NCBI GenBank assembly: GCA_963754875.1
Contig: CAVWHO010000011.1
Location: 32,001-96,000 of the forward strand
Origin: Nitrospirota bacterium
GTDB lineage: Bacteria > Nitrospirota > UBA9217
Length of the DNA: 64,000 nucleotides
Direction of reading: 5' to 3'
The notes under the pieces: generated by a model
Database searches by the model: none
What the model was told of the DNA's origin: nothing
The model's input: only the letters and a program-made list of their open reading frames with translations
Shown here: one piece after another, positions 31,758 to 41,310 of the stretch
Numbering within the stretch: position 1 is the first letter of the stretch
Layout: each line of letters opens with the position of its first letter
Position numbers and translations under genes: made by a program

Positions 31758-32593
31758 CACAAACACTCACCATCGGCTATTCCCCGTGCCCGAATGATAC
31801 GTTTATCTTCTATGCACTTATTCACGGAAAAGTAAAAATCCCGGGTATTACATTTCGCGAGCAGTTGGAAGATGTCGAGACCCTGAACCGAATGGCGCTC
31901 GACAGCAAGCTCGATTTCACAAAAATCTCCTACCACGCATTAGGCCATCTCAGAAATCAGTATGCCCTGCTTCGCTCCGGCGGTGCACTGGGACGCGGCT
32001 GCGGTCCGCTCATCGTGGCACGGCCCGGTACCAATGTCGCTGATCTGAGCACGGGCCGCATTGCGATACCCGGAACGCTCACCACAGCCTATCTGCTGCT
32101 TCGTCTGTTCAATCCCGCATTCACGAATACAACCGTCATGACCTTTGACCAGATCATGGACGAAGTATCGAAGGGAGACGTTACTGCCGGCCTCATCATC
32201 CACGAGAGCCGATTCACCTATCCGCTTCACGGCCTCGTTAAACTCCAGGACCTCGGCGAGTGGTGGGAGAGCTATTCCGGCCTCCCGATCCCGCTCGGCG
32301 GGATCCTCGGCAAACGTTCCCTCGGTCGTAATGTCCTGCTGAGCGTGGAATCCGGCATTCGGGAAAGCCTTCACTACGCTAATAGTCACGCCGATGAAGT
32401 CTTGAAATACTGTATGCTGCACAGCCAGGAGATGGACGAACAGGTTATGAAAAACCACATCGACCTTTATGTAAATGATTTTTCACTCGACCTTGGGCCG
32501 GAAGGCCTGACAGCGGTCCGCAGGCTCTTTGCCGAAGCAGAGTTGCACGGAATCTTCCTTCATTCCGAGACATCACTCCTGGCGGGGGAATGA
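31754..32593 (+). CDS. mqnD: 1,4-dihydroxy-6-naphthoate synthase
   Basis: SPCPNDTFIF, GGALGRGCGP, IIHESRFTY, HIDLYVN. Confidence 0.96.
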   Translation: MTQTLTIGYSPCPNDTFIFYALIHGKVKIPGITFREQLEDVETLNRMALDSKLDFTKISYHALGHLRNQYALLRSGGALGRGCGPLIVARPGTNVADLSTGRIAIPGTLTTAYLLLRLFNPAFTNTTVMTFDQIMDEVSKGDVTAGLIIHESRFTYPLHGLVKLQDLGEWWESYSGLPIPLGGILGKRSLGRNVLLSVESGIRESLHYANSHADEVLKYCMLHSQEMDEQVMKNHIDLYVNDFSLDLGPEGLTAVRRLFAEAELHGIFLHSETSLLAGE

Positions 32594-32666
32594 AAAATTT
32601 TGTTGACGGAATAACGCGAACACCGGTTATACTGTCTTTATCTTTTTTTCAAAAAAGGGAGGAACT

Positions 32667-33227
32667 ATGCTTGGCTGGATACTACTCGTGGTAGTCGGAT
32701 TGATTCTGGTGTGGCTCGTTCTGATCTATAACGGCATTGTTTCTGTCCGGAATGACGTGCAAAGCTCTTGGAAGCAAATCGATGTGCAGCTGAAGCGCAG
32801 GCATGATCTCATCCCGAACCTGGTCCAGACGGTAAAAGGTTCTATGGAGTTCGAGCAGGATACGCTCGAGAAAGTGATCTCTGCCCGGGCCAGGGCCGTA
32901 TCGGCACCTACGCCGGCAACAAAAGCTGAAGCCGAGAACATGCTCACCCAGACCCTCGGAAAACTGTTCGCGGTGATGGAGAACTATCCCGCACTCAAGA
33001 GCAATCAGAACGTCATGCAGCTCCAGGAAGAGCTCACCTCCACGGAAAACAAAATTGCTTTTGCCCGCCAGCTCTATAACGATCTGGTGGCGAACTACCG
33101 AACGAAGCTCCAGGTCTTCCCTAACAACATCGTTTCGTCAGTGTTCAACTTCCGGACGGAAGAGTATTTCGGTGCTGACGAGGCTGACCGGGCCGTCCCA
33201 GCGGTGAATCTCAGCCTGAGGAAGTAA
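32667..33227 (+). CDS. lemA: LemA family protein
   Basis: IDVQLKRRHDLIPNLV, ENYPALK, TENKIAFARQLYN. Confidence 0.96.
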   Translation: MLGWILLVVVGLILVWLVLIYNGIVSVRNDVQSSWKQIDVQLKRRHDLIPNLVQTVKGSMEFEQDTLEKVISARARAVSAPTPATKAEAENMLTQTLGKLFAVMENYPALKSNQNVMQLQEELTSTENKIAFARQLYNDLVANYRTKLQVFPNNIVSSVFNFRTEEYFGADEADRAVPAVNLSLRK

Positions 33228-33321
33228 TTCAAAGGACAGAGGAGGGCTTTGATAACATCGGGTGCCTTAACTCGGCGGTTGTCCCCACTTCTGTCATTTG
33301 TCGTCTTTTACGGGAGCCATC

Positions 33322-34944
33322 ATGCCCTTGACGTTTATCGACATAGAAAAGCAGAAAAGTTGGAGGATCTGGGTGTTCTTCCTGGTCCTGCTTTTTATCT
33401 ACTTTGTCATAACAGCTCTTTTCGCGGCAACGTTTCTGCGGGTGCCGTGGCACGGGGCACTGCACTTCTGGATTGTTGCAGGTCTGATTGCCCTGCTGGT
33501 CGCAGGTATCCATTTCTGGTTCTCCGCCTATGATACGGTCAGCGCCGTCGTCAGGGGATTAGACGCCCGTCCGCCCGACCCTCAGGACGACGTCCATAAG
33601 GTACTTTTGGACGTCATGCAGGAGATCCATGTCGTGACGGGGAACAAGCGAAAGATGCAATGCCTCGTCATCCCCTCCCTGTCCCTCAACGCCCTCGCCG
33701 TGGTTGACCTCAAGGGAGAGGCAGCCGTCGCGATTACAGAGGGGTTGCTTTCACGCTTGACACGGCCCCAACTCGAGACCGTCCTGGCCCATGAAGCGCA
33801 CCATGTCCTCTCCGGTGACTGCCTCGAAACCACGGTTGCTGCGAGCCTGTTCGGCACCTATGCTTCTATCCTGGAAAAGTTGGACACCTCGTCGAGGGGG
33901 AGAAGCTCCGTATCGCCGGCCTATTACCTCGCCTGGGGCATGCTTCAAGTGAGCTACCTCCTGAACATGTTCATTTCCCGCGAACGAGAATATCGCGCCG
34001 ATGCAGCCTCAGTGCGGATGACCCGCAACCCCATCGCACTTGCCGAGACGCTTTACCTGCTCTCGCGCAGCTGGCGCGGGGCAGGTTTCATCGGAAGCGG
34101 CTTCGAGATGCTCTGCATCGTAAATCCCCAAGCTACTGCCCTTGACGAGACGGAAGGATTCTGGGCCGATCTGCTGTCAACGCATCCGCCGCTCAGCAAG
34201 CGAATGGATATCCTGCTCGCCATGGCTCATACAAGCATTTCCGAGTTAAGCGCACACTTTGAAAAAAGCGCGGCAAGCAGTGGGCGCACGCCGTCTGAAC
34301 CTCGCTACTTTGCCCTGGATCCACAGCAGAAGTGGCAGGGCCCCTTCACCCTTGCGGAATTGGGCACACAGCCGTGGCTTTCGCCGCTTACCTGGATAAC
34401 GAAGGGACAACAACAGCCGGTAGACCGCGCATGGAAAGAACCGCTTATCAATGCGATCTTCGCATTGAGGCTTTCACAACAGGCCAACCAGCCAACAACC
34501 CTCTCATGCCCGGCATGCAGGCAGCCTCTCTTGGCGGAGCACTATGAAGGGACTGAGATTAATCAGTGCAGGTTCTGCAGCGGCATTCTCGTTGATACGG
34601 CCAAAATATCGAGAATCCTTGCCCGGACGGGGAGGGAGCGGCCGTGTTCGGATCGAATCAATTCCCTTGCGAAAGCGGTCATAGCGGGAAATCAGCTCAC
34701 GAATGCTCGACAAAAGTTGGGCGCAAGGTCTAAGGATGCCGTCCCTAACCTTCCGTGCCCTCAATGCGCTCGTCCCATGTTCCGGGGATTTTACAGCCAG
34801 GCATACCTCATCGAAATCGATCGATGTAGCTTTTGCGGATTTACCTGGTTCGACCAGAACGAACTTGAGATGCTGCAGTGCCTGATCGAGAACAAGATTG
34901 TGGCGGATATAGCAGATGCTGCGGCAACTCGCCCATCGGTCTGA
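33322..34944 (+). CDS. HtpX-like M48 metalloprotease fused to a GYF_2-like domain and two TFIIB-type zinc ribbons
   Basis: AHEAHH, SREREYRAD, STHPP; WQGPFTLAEL; CPAC...CRFC and CPQC...EIDRCSFC..WFD. Confidence 0.85.
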   Translation: MPLTFIDIEKQKSWRIWVFFLVLLFIYFVITALFAATFLRVPWHGALHFWIVAGLIALLVAGIHFWFSAYDTVSAVVRGLDARPPDPQDDVHKVLLDVMQEIHVVTGNKRKMQCLVIPSLSLNALAVVDLKGEAAVAITEGLLSRLTRPQLETVLAHEAHHVLSGDCLETTVAASLFGTYASILEKLDTSSRGRSSVSPAYYLAWGMLQVSYLLNMFISREREYRADAASVRMTRNPIALAETLYLLSRSWRGAGFIGSGFEMLCIVNPQATALDETEGFWADLLSTHPPLSKRMDILLAMAHTSISELSAHFEKSAASSGRTPSEPRYFALDPQQKWQGPFTLAELGTQPWLSPLTWITKGQQQPVDRAWKEPLINAIFALRLSQQANQPTTLSCPACRQPLLAEHYEGTEINQCRFCSGILVDTAKISRILARTGRERPCSDRINSLAKAVIAGNQLTNARQKLGARSKDAVPNLPCPQCARPMFRGFYSQAYLIEIDRCSFCGFTWFDQNELEMLQCLIENKIVADIADAAATRPSV

Positions 34945-34991
34945 GGATCAGTGAATACGACGGAAACACATTGTTCAAGGAAGTGGATCAC

Positions 34992-35666
34992 ATGATCACC
35001 GTTAAATTATTTGCCCTCTTAAAAGATAAAGCAGCCTCAAACGAATTGTCGCTCACGTTTAGCAGCGGCACCGTCAAGGCCTTGCTAAAGCAGGTATCTC
35101 ATGAATGCCCGGCGCTCGCGGACATCATCTCCTGCGGGGGCATTCTGGTCTCGGTAAACCAGGAATTTGTAAAGATGGACGCGGTGGTCAGGGACGGCGA
35201 CGAGGTGGCGCTCATGCCGCCTTTCTCTGGAGGAAGCAGCGCTGCGCGAGCGGTCCGGATCCAGCATGAACCCTTTTCAATCGAGCAGGAAATAGAGAAA
35301 TTGAAAACAACTTCAACTGCCATCGGCGCGATTGTCATGTTCCTCGGCACAACGCGAGACATCTCGATGGATAAACAGGTGGCAAAACTCGAGTTCGAAT
35401 ATTACCCGGGTATGGCCGAAAAAAAACTCTCCGAGATCAGGGACCGGGCAATCAGAGAATATGGTGTGATCGATGTTGCCATTATTCACCGGGTCGGCAC
35501 CATCCCGGTTGGAGATAATATTGTATTGATCCTGGTCTCCTCACGACATCGTGACGAGGCATTCCGGGCGTGCCGCTTCGTGATCGACGAGTTGAAGCGT
35601 ATTACGCCTATATGGAAGAAAGAGACAACGCCCGACGGCGAGGTGTGGGTAGCGGAACATCCGTAG
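34992..35666 (+). CDS. MoaD-MoaE fusion molybdopterin synthase (MoaX-like)
   Basis: ITVKLFALLKD...DGDEVALMPPFSGG linked to GAIVMFLGTTR...HRVG...PIWKKE. Confidence 0.92.
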   Translation: MITVKLFALLKDKAASNELSLTFSSGTVKALLKQVSHECPALADIISCGGILVSVNQEFVKMDAVVRDGDEVALMPPFSGGSSAARAVRIQHEPFSIEQEIEKLKTTSTAIGAIVMFLGTTRDISMDKQVAKLEFEYYPGMAEKKLSEIRDRAIREYGVIDVAIIHRVGTIPVGDNIVLILVSSRHRDEAFRACRFVIDELKRITPIWKKETTPDGEVWVAEHP

Positions 35667-35670
35667 ACTA

Positions 35671-35771
35671 TGGACCAAGGCAACCGCGTTGCCGTTGATA
35701 CGCCGACATACCCTGCACGCGTTTATGACCGCGTTTTCGCAAGAGCAGGCTACGCTTGCACTCGTAAGCGC
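35671..35771. repeat. ~100-bp structured intergenic repeat, copy 1
   Basis: About 87% identical (hand alignment) to the reverse complement of 37887-37988. Confidence 0.85.
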
Positions 35772-35793
35772 GGACGGTCGGCTCGATCCAAAA

Positions 35794-36213
35794 CTACTTC
35801 TTCGCGGTTTTTTTGCTGCTCTTCAGAAATACCACGCAGGTCGAACAGTCGTTATCCATCCGGCACTTGGTGGTCTCCCAGCAGGGCTTGCCCTTGTCCG
35901 TGAATGCCGTGCAAACAACACGCCGTTCGTCAGGACAATCCTTGATCTCCCAGCAGGGCGCATAATCCAGAAGTTTTTTGATACCTTCAATGCTGATCTT
36001 CTTCGAATGGATCAGTTCGCGGATGCACCTCAACCACTTGATGTCGTTTTCCGTGTAAAGCCTGTTCCTCCGCTCTCGCGTAGGGAGGATCAGGCCATGT
36101 TTCTCGTAAAGCCGCAGGGTCTGTGCCGTTGTCCCGACAAGCTTTGCAGCAACTCCCATGGTATAGAGCGGCGCGTCCTTGTCCTTTAATACGTCCAAGC
36201 TATCAGCTGTCAT
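35794..36213 (-). CDS. MerR/HspR-like regulator with Cys-rich (two CW) C-terminal domain
   Basis: YTMGVAAKLV..QTLRLYEKHGL..P; PCWEIKDCP...C...PCWE..C...CSTC. Confidence 0.88.
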   Translation of the reverse strand: MTADSLDVLKDKDAPLYTMGVAAKLVGTTAQTLRLYEKHGLILPTRERRNRLYTENDIKWLRCIRELIHSKKISIEGIKKLLDYAPCWEIKDCPDERRVVCTAFTDKGKPCWETTKCRMDNDCSTCVVFLKSSKKTAKK

Positions 36214-36238
36214 ATGCTTTATTATTCTCCCCGATTTA

Positions 36239-36955
36239 TTACCGCGGTATAAGGATCGTCATTTTGTCCATTATGAGAAGCACACCCATAATGATAAGGA
36301 TGGCCCCGCTTACTATTTTGATAACTTTAAAATGCTTTCTCAGTCTATTGAATGATGACAGGAAGGCGCTGATGGCAAGGGCCGAAAGAATGAACGGTAT
36401 CCCCAGACCAAGAGAATAAAATGTTAAGAGCGCCATGCCCCGCCCCAAGGTATCCGTTGTCATGGCCAAGGCCAGCACAGACCCCAAAAAAGGGCCCGTG
36501 CAGGGCGTCCAACCTGCACCAAAAATCATGCCTACCAAGATCGTACCCGCATATCCCGCGGGTCGCGTTTTGAGCTGTAGTTTTGCTTCTCGCTGGAGAA
36601 AAGGGATGTTCACCACATCCATCACAAAAACACCCATGAGGATAATGAGGACGCCCCCCACGATCCGAATGAGGTCCAGATGCTCTGACAGGGCAGCTCC
36701 TGCAAAACTCGCCGTCGCACCAAGCAGCACAAAAATTATGGTAAATCCAGCAACAAATGCAACGGAATGCAGCAGCGTAATATTCATGTTCTTTCTGCGT
36801 GATTCCCGGCTCACGAGATCATCGTAACTTATACCGGTAATGTAGGAAACGTAGGAAGGAATGAGGGGGAGAATGCAGGGAGACGCAAAGGAGATGAGGC
36901 CCATAAACAGCGAGAAAAAAAGAACAGAGAGCGTCAATCCGTGGGAAATATCCAT
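36239..36955 (-). CDS. ccdA: Cytochrome c biogenesis protein CcdA
   Basis: SFASPCILPLIP, AGWTPCTGP, YSLGLGIPF. Confidence 0.95.
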   Translation of the reverse strand: MDISHGLTLSVLFFSLFMGLISFASPCILPLIPSYVSYITGISYDDLVSRESRRKNMNITLLHSVAFVAGFTIIFVLLGATASFAGAALSEHLDLIRIVGGVLIILMGVFVMDVVNIPFLQREAKLQLKTRPAGYAGTILVGMIFGAGWTPCTGPFLGSVLALAMTTDTLGRGMALLTFYSLGLGIPFILSALAISAFLSSFNRLRKHFKVIKIVSGAILIIMGVLLIMDKMTILIPR

Positions 36956-37151
36956 GTGTACCGAATCCTCCACAAGCAAGTATTACATAATACCAAAGCT
37001 CACGAAAGGGAGTCAAGGAAAAGTTTTACTGTTTTCGGCTTGACTTATTCTCAATTTATAATTGATAATAAATACCTCGTAGTACCTTACTATCCGTTTG
37101 CCAACACGAGCGTCTGAAGATTTTTTAGAAAAAGTCCGCGGTATTTTTTTA

Positions 37152-37180
37152 TTGACAAAAAAAAACTATTTCATTATCCT
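37152..37180 (+). promoter_or_regulatory. Sigma70 promoter of fchA-folD
   Basis: TTGACA-N17-TATCCT. Confidence 0.55.
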
Positions 37181-37223
37181 TTCTTTTTCCATATTCGTCA
37201 TGACCAAATTGAAGGAGGAGACT

Positions 37224-37850
37224 GTGTATATCGATCAGCCTTTGCGGCACTTCATGGACAAGTTGTCAAGCAAATCCCCTGAACCAGGAGGAGGGAGCGT
37301 CGCAGCCCTTACCGGTGCGATGGGCGCGGCTCTGGTGAGCATGGTGTCCAATCTGACCCTGGGGAAGGAAAAATACAAGGACGTACAGCAACAAATCGAG
37401 ACTTTGCTGAAAGAATCTGAAAAACTTCGCACGGAAATGCAGGACCTGATCCAGAAGGACACGGAAGCATACGGAGCGCTCTCGGACGTTTACAAAATGC
37501 CGAAGAATACCGATGCGGAAAAGGCCGCACGCACGGCAAAAATGCAGGAGGCACTCAAGAAAGCCTGCCAGGTGCCCTTGGAAATAGGCCTTAAATCCCT
37601 GGAGGTCGCAAAACTCGCAGAACGAGCCGCTGATATGGGGAATGTTGCCGCCGTGAGCGATGCCGGCGTAGCAGTGCTCCTTGCCCAAGCGTGCGCCCAG
37701 AGCGCCGCGCTCAACGTGAAGATCAATGTTAACAGTATCAAAGACGAGACGTTCAATAAAAACACCTGGTCCCGGATGCAGAATGTCCTTACTCAGGTAG
37801 GCGCTTTGGAAAAATCGGTGATGGCGACGACTTATAAAAAGATGGGATAA
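37224..37850 (+). CDS. fchA: Methenyl-THF cyclohydrolase / formiminotransferase-cyclodeaminase C-terminal family
   Basis: PEPGGGSVAAL, DTEAY, SDAGV, NVKIN; GTG start with AGGAGG RBS. Confidence 0.9.
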   Translation: MYIDQPLRHFMDKLSSKSPEPGGGSVAALTGAMGAALVSMVSNLTLGKEKYKDVQQQIETLLKESEKLRTEMQDLIQKDTEAYGALSDVYKMPKNTDAEKAARTAKMQEALKKACQVPLEIGLKSLEVAKLAERAADMGNVAAVSDAGVAVLLAQACAQSAALNVKINVNSIKDETFNKNTWSRMQNVLTQVGALEKSVMATTYKKMG

Positions 37851-37886
37851 TGGGGGACCAGGGACCACTCCGTCCGCCCGTGCCCA

Positions 37887-37988
37887 GCGCTTACGAGTGC
37901 AAGCGTAGCCTGCTCTTGTGAAAACGCGGCCATAAACGAGTGCAGGGTGCGTCGGCTTTACTGACGGCAACATGGTTGCCTTGTTCCA
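37887..37988. repeat. ~100-bp structured intergenic repeat, copy 2 (inverted relative to copy 1)
   Basis: Shares 32 identical terminal nt and the hairpins with copy 1. Confidence 0.85.
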
Positions 37989-38009
37989 AATTTAAACGAA
38001 TGGAGATTA

Positions 38010-38867
38010 ATGACCATGCCGGCAAAACTCTTAACAGGAAAAGAAGTGGCACAGAAAATGGACCAGGACATTCAGAAAGATGTCCAGGAACTTAAAGCAA
38101 AAGGTGTCAATCCGGCGCTTAGAATAATGATCGTCGGCGATGCCCCTGACTCACTCGCCTATGCAAACAGCGCAAAAAAAATGGCGGAAAAAAACGGCAT
38201 CATATGCGAGATCGAACAGCTGCCCGGTGCAACAAGCCAGGACGAGTTCGTCAATACGCTGAAGCAGAGGAATGCGGACAAAAATATCCACGGGATCATC
38301 GTGATGCGGCCGTTTCCTAAGCAGATCCGCGAGGATGTCGTGAAGTATATCCTGTCACCCGAAAAAGACGTGGATTGTTTTAACCCGGTTAATGCCGGCA
38401 AGATCATGGCCGGAGACATGACGGGGTTTCCACCCGCAACGCCCCAAGCCGTGATGGAAATGCTCCGTTTCTACCAGATCCCGATGAGCGGAAAAGAGGC
38501 CGTAGTCATCGGCCGTTCTATGGTCGTCGGTAAGCCGATGTCGATGCTTCTTCTCGGAGAAAACGCCACGGTAACGGTCTGCCATTCAAAAACGCAGGAT
38601 CTTCCCGGGGTTTGCCGGCGGGCAGACATTCTGGTAGCCGCGATCGGCAAGGCAAGAATGATCTCGAAAAATTTCATAAAAAACGGTGCAACGGTGATGG
38701 ACGTTGGCATCAACGTCGAAGGGGACAAGCTTTTCGGGGATGTTGACACTGAACCGGCCAAAGAAGTCGCAGGGGCCATCACGCCGGTGCCCGGCGGCGT
38801 CGGTACAGTAACGACACGCGTGTTGTTAAAGCACGTTGTAAAAGGTGCAAAGCTGCAGAATCCATAA
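38010..38867 (+). CDS. folD: Methylene-THF dehydrogenase/cyclohydrolase
   Basis: EKDVD, GRSMVVGKP, DVGIN, TPVPGGVG. Confidence 0.95.
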   Translation: MTMPAKLLTGKEVAQKMDQDIQKDVQELKAKGVNPALRIMIVGDAPDSLAYANSAKKMAEKNGIICEIEQLPGATSQDEFVNTLKQRNADKNIHGIIVMRPFPKQIREDVVKYILSPEKDVDCFNPVNAGKIMAGDMTGFPPATPQAVMEMLRFYQIPMSGKEAVVIGRSMVVGKPMSMLLLGENATVTVCHSKTQDLPGVCRRADILVAAIGKARMISKNFIKNGATVMDVGINVEGDKLFGDVDTEPAKEVAGAITPVPGGVGTVTTRVLLKHVVKGAKLQNP

Positions 38868-38969
38868 AACACGATTCCTGAGTCAATGAGTCGGGGGCCG
38901 GCGAATAGCAAGGCGGAAACGAAACAGGATCTTCCTTTGGCCCCTGATTCCGGTTCTCCAACCCTGTCT

Positions 38970-39354
38970 TTATTTTTTCACTGCTTCTGCAACCACCTGT
39001 GTCAATTCTGTTATCCGATAAGGCTTCTGCACGAACCCCGGGGCGCCCCGAGCCTCAACAGTTCATCGGCGTCGCTGTCTTGATCGCAACCGCTCGAAAT
39101 GATTACCTTCGCGTTTGCGTTCATTGTGCGGAGACCGTGGAAAACATCTCTGCCGTCCATCCCCGGCATAACCATATCAGCAATACCGCCACGATCTCAT
39201 TCGACCGCCGTTGGTACAGTTCCATAGCTCGCTCTCCGTTGTTTGCCATAAGGACGGTATAGCCGAACCGCTGGAGAAAGTCCCGGGCGAGTTCCATCAC
39301 CATCATTTCATTATCAACAACGAGTACTGTCTCTGATCCATGATTCAATCCCAT
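38970..39354 (-). pseudogene. Stand-alone response-regulator receiver, frameshifted
   Basis: VLVVDNE...LL(D)MVMPGMDG...IISSG...FVQKPY across three frames. Confidence 0.7.
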
Positions 39355-39961
39355 TTTCTCATCTCCGATCCTCGTTCCCCTCACTTGTCTATTCTGAAAA
39401 GAGCTTAAGTCTCCCAGTGACTGTAAGACGAGAAATCATAAACATCAAGAGGCGCATAATACCACATTAGTTGCAGCACTCAAGAATATTTCTGTCAACA
39501 TATTCCCTCACTTGTCTGGCAACGAACCAAGCACTGGGACAGTCTTGAAACTGCCCCTTCTAACTTTCCCTTATCAGGGACGAATTATCGCGGCTTCTTG
39601 GAGGTGATTCTCAAATTTGACGAGCTTAAGGAAACAGCAGAGTTTGGCGTCACGGCGTAATAGAGATGACCTGAAAAATTACTTATCCAATGATTGCCTG
39701 AGTCATTGTTTTAAATGGATGAAGAAAGTAAAGGTTATAGATTTTTTTATATTTTCGAAAAAAAATTGGACTCTCGGGACAAGGGGGCTTTTCTTGCAGG
39801 CGCGTAGGGTACGACATGACTTCATCAGGATATTCCGAGTTTAGTTTAAATATAATGAGGATTCAGAGAAGGGAGCGTTCAGCAGACATGTCCAGCTTTT
39901 CAAGGCGAGACAATCGTCTCTCGGTCCATGTGGCGCGCCTTGCCTGCAAGCTCTCCGGACG

Positions 39962-39996
39962 AAAAAACCCCCGGAGGATCGCTCCTCCGGGGGTTT
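39962..39996 (-). terminator. Rho-independent terminator of the porin gene
   Basis: 14-bp IR AAACCCCCGGAGGA/TCCTCCGGGGGTTT with T-tract on the minus strand. Confidence 0.85.
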
Positions 39997-40035
39997 CGTT
40001 TCATACCGTTATGTGCACCAGTCGGTGCGCATCTC

Positions 40036-41310
40036 TTAGAACGTATAGATGAGGTAGCCCTGGATGCCGGTTGCGGCATCGGTCTTGCCTGCTGCGTCCT
40101 TGAGAGCCTTGCCAGGCGCCATGTAGCCGAGCTGCCAGTTCCAGGTCAGGTTGTCATAAAGCTTCCAGTTAACATGGGCATCGACTTCCGTTCCCACATC
40201 GGTGGAAGAGTCACCCTGGCCATTCAGGATCTTCTCGGTGGCCTGCAGATACCACACATCCAGTCCGACATTCACGCTCTTGGCTGCGTTCGCGCTCACG
40301 CCTGCGCTGACTGCCGTCGTATTGGCAAAGCCGGTGTTGAGAGCGCCTGCGGCGGTCTTGATCTTATACTCATAGAGGTAGGTGTAGTGCGTGTCGATAT
40401 CGAGGAAGGTCACCATACCCTTAACATTGTCGTCTCCGATCTTATTGCCCGAACCGCGTGCTACCGTAAAGTTGATGGTAACGGGATCCACAGGCACGTT
40501 GCCCTGGATCACGATCTGATTGCCCGAGTATTTGGGCTGAGGTGCACCTGCTGGAACGGCCTTATCTTGTCCAGTCTGCAAATCGGCCTGTGCCTTCAGA
40601 GCCACGGGGCCCAATTTGCCATTAAAAGTAAGACCGATGTTATACAGATTATTGTTTGAACCCAAATGCGCATTGTCCAGGTTAATACCGACGACAGCAT
40701 TCTCATTCAGTTTCAATACGTCGACGATTGCATAAGCATCGATATCATCAGAAGAAACAGCGGTATTGCCTTCGAATGCCTTAATGTCGGCAACAGCGAA
40801 CGTATTGTTTCCGGTCACGTTTGCGACCACCCAGGCATCGGAGCCGAAGTACTTGCTGCGCAGGAACCAGTCGTTGCCAAGGCCGAGAAGCTGATGGCCG
40901 CCTGTCACGTTCACCGGAATACCGGGTACATTAAAGCTCATCCAGGCTTCGCGGATCTTGAGGAATTGATTCTGGCCGGGGCCGTTGCCGCCGACACCGT
41001 TTCCGCTACCGGATGCCGGAGCAGCCGTACCACCGGTGCCCTGATAGTTTTCCAACGTACCCCAGGTATCCCAATAGTTCTCGATCGAAATCTTGCCCTT
41101 CAAATCATCGCCGGCTTTTGCATTTACTTCGACCCGTACCTTCTCTTGAGTGTCTATCTGGTTTTGGTGGGCATCTTTATCGAATGTCAGGTTCGAAAAA
41201 TCGCGGCTCCGAATGCCGATCATGCCGTCAACGGAGACGTCTGCAGCAAAGGCCATGGAGCTTATGAAAGCCATTGCTAATACTACCATTACTACTAGAA
41301 ACTTCTTCAT
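40036..41310 (-). CDS. Outer membrane beta-barrel porin (alginate-export/OmpJ-like)
   Basis: Signal peptide, IREAW, DVGTEVD, C-terminal YLIYTF. Confidence 0.85.
   Translation of the reverse strand: MKKFLVVMVVLAMAFISSMAFAADVSVDGMIGIRSRDFSNLTFDKDAHQNQIDTQEKVRVEVNAKAGDDLKGKISIENYWDTWGTLENYQGTGGTAAPASGSGNGVGGNGPGQNQFLKIREAWMSFNVPGIPVNVTGGHQLLGLGNDWFLRSKYFGSDAWVVANVTGNNTFAVADIKAFEGNTAVSSDDIDAYAIVDVLKLNENAVVGINLDNAHLGSNNNLYNIGLTFNGKLGPVALKAQADLQTGQDKAVPAGAPQPKYSGNQIVIQGNVPVDPVTINFTVARGSGNKIGDDNVKGMVTFLDIDTHYTYLYEYKIKTAAGALNTGFANTTAVSAGVSANAAKSVNVGLDVWYLQATEKILNGQGDSSTDVGTEVDAHVNWKLYDNLTWNWQLGYMAPGKALKDAAGKTDAATGIQGYLIYTF

Noticed and set aside
32603..32633. MerR-type 19-bp-spacer promoter (TTGACG-N19-TATACT) before lemA
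   Set aside because: Only a 5-bp dyad in the spacer; insufficient support
37851..38009. Folate-related riboswitch (THF or ZMP/ZTP) upstream of folD
   Set aside because: No recognisable consensus, and the same sequence occurs between convergent genes at 35671, so it is a dispersed repeat
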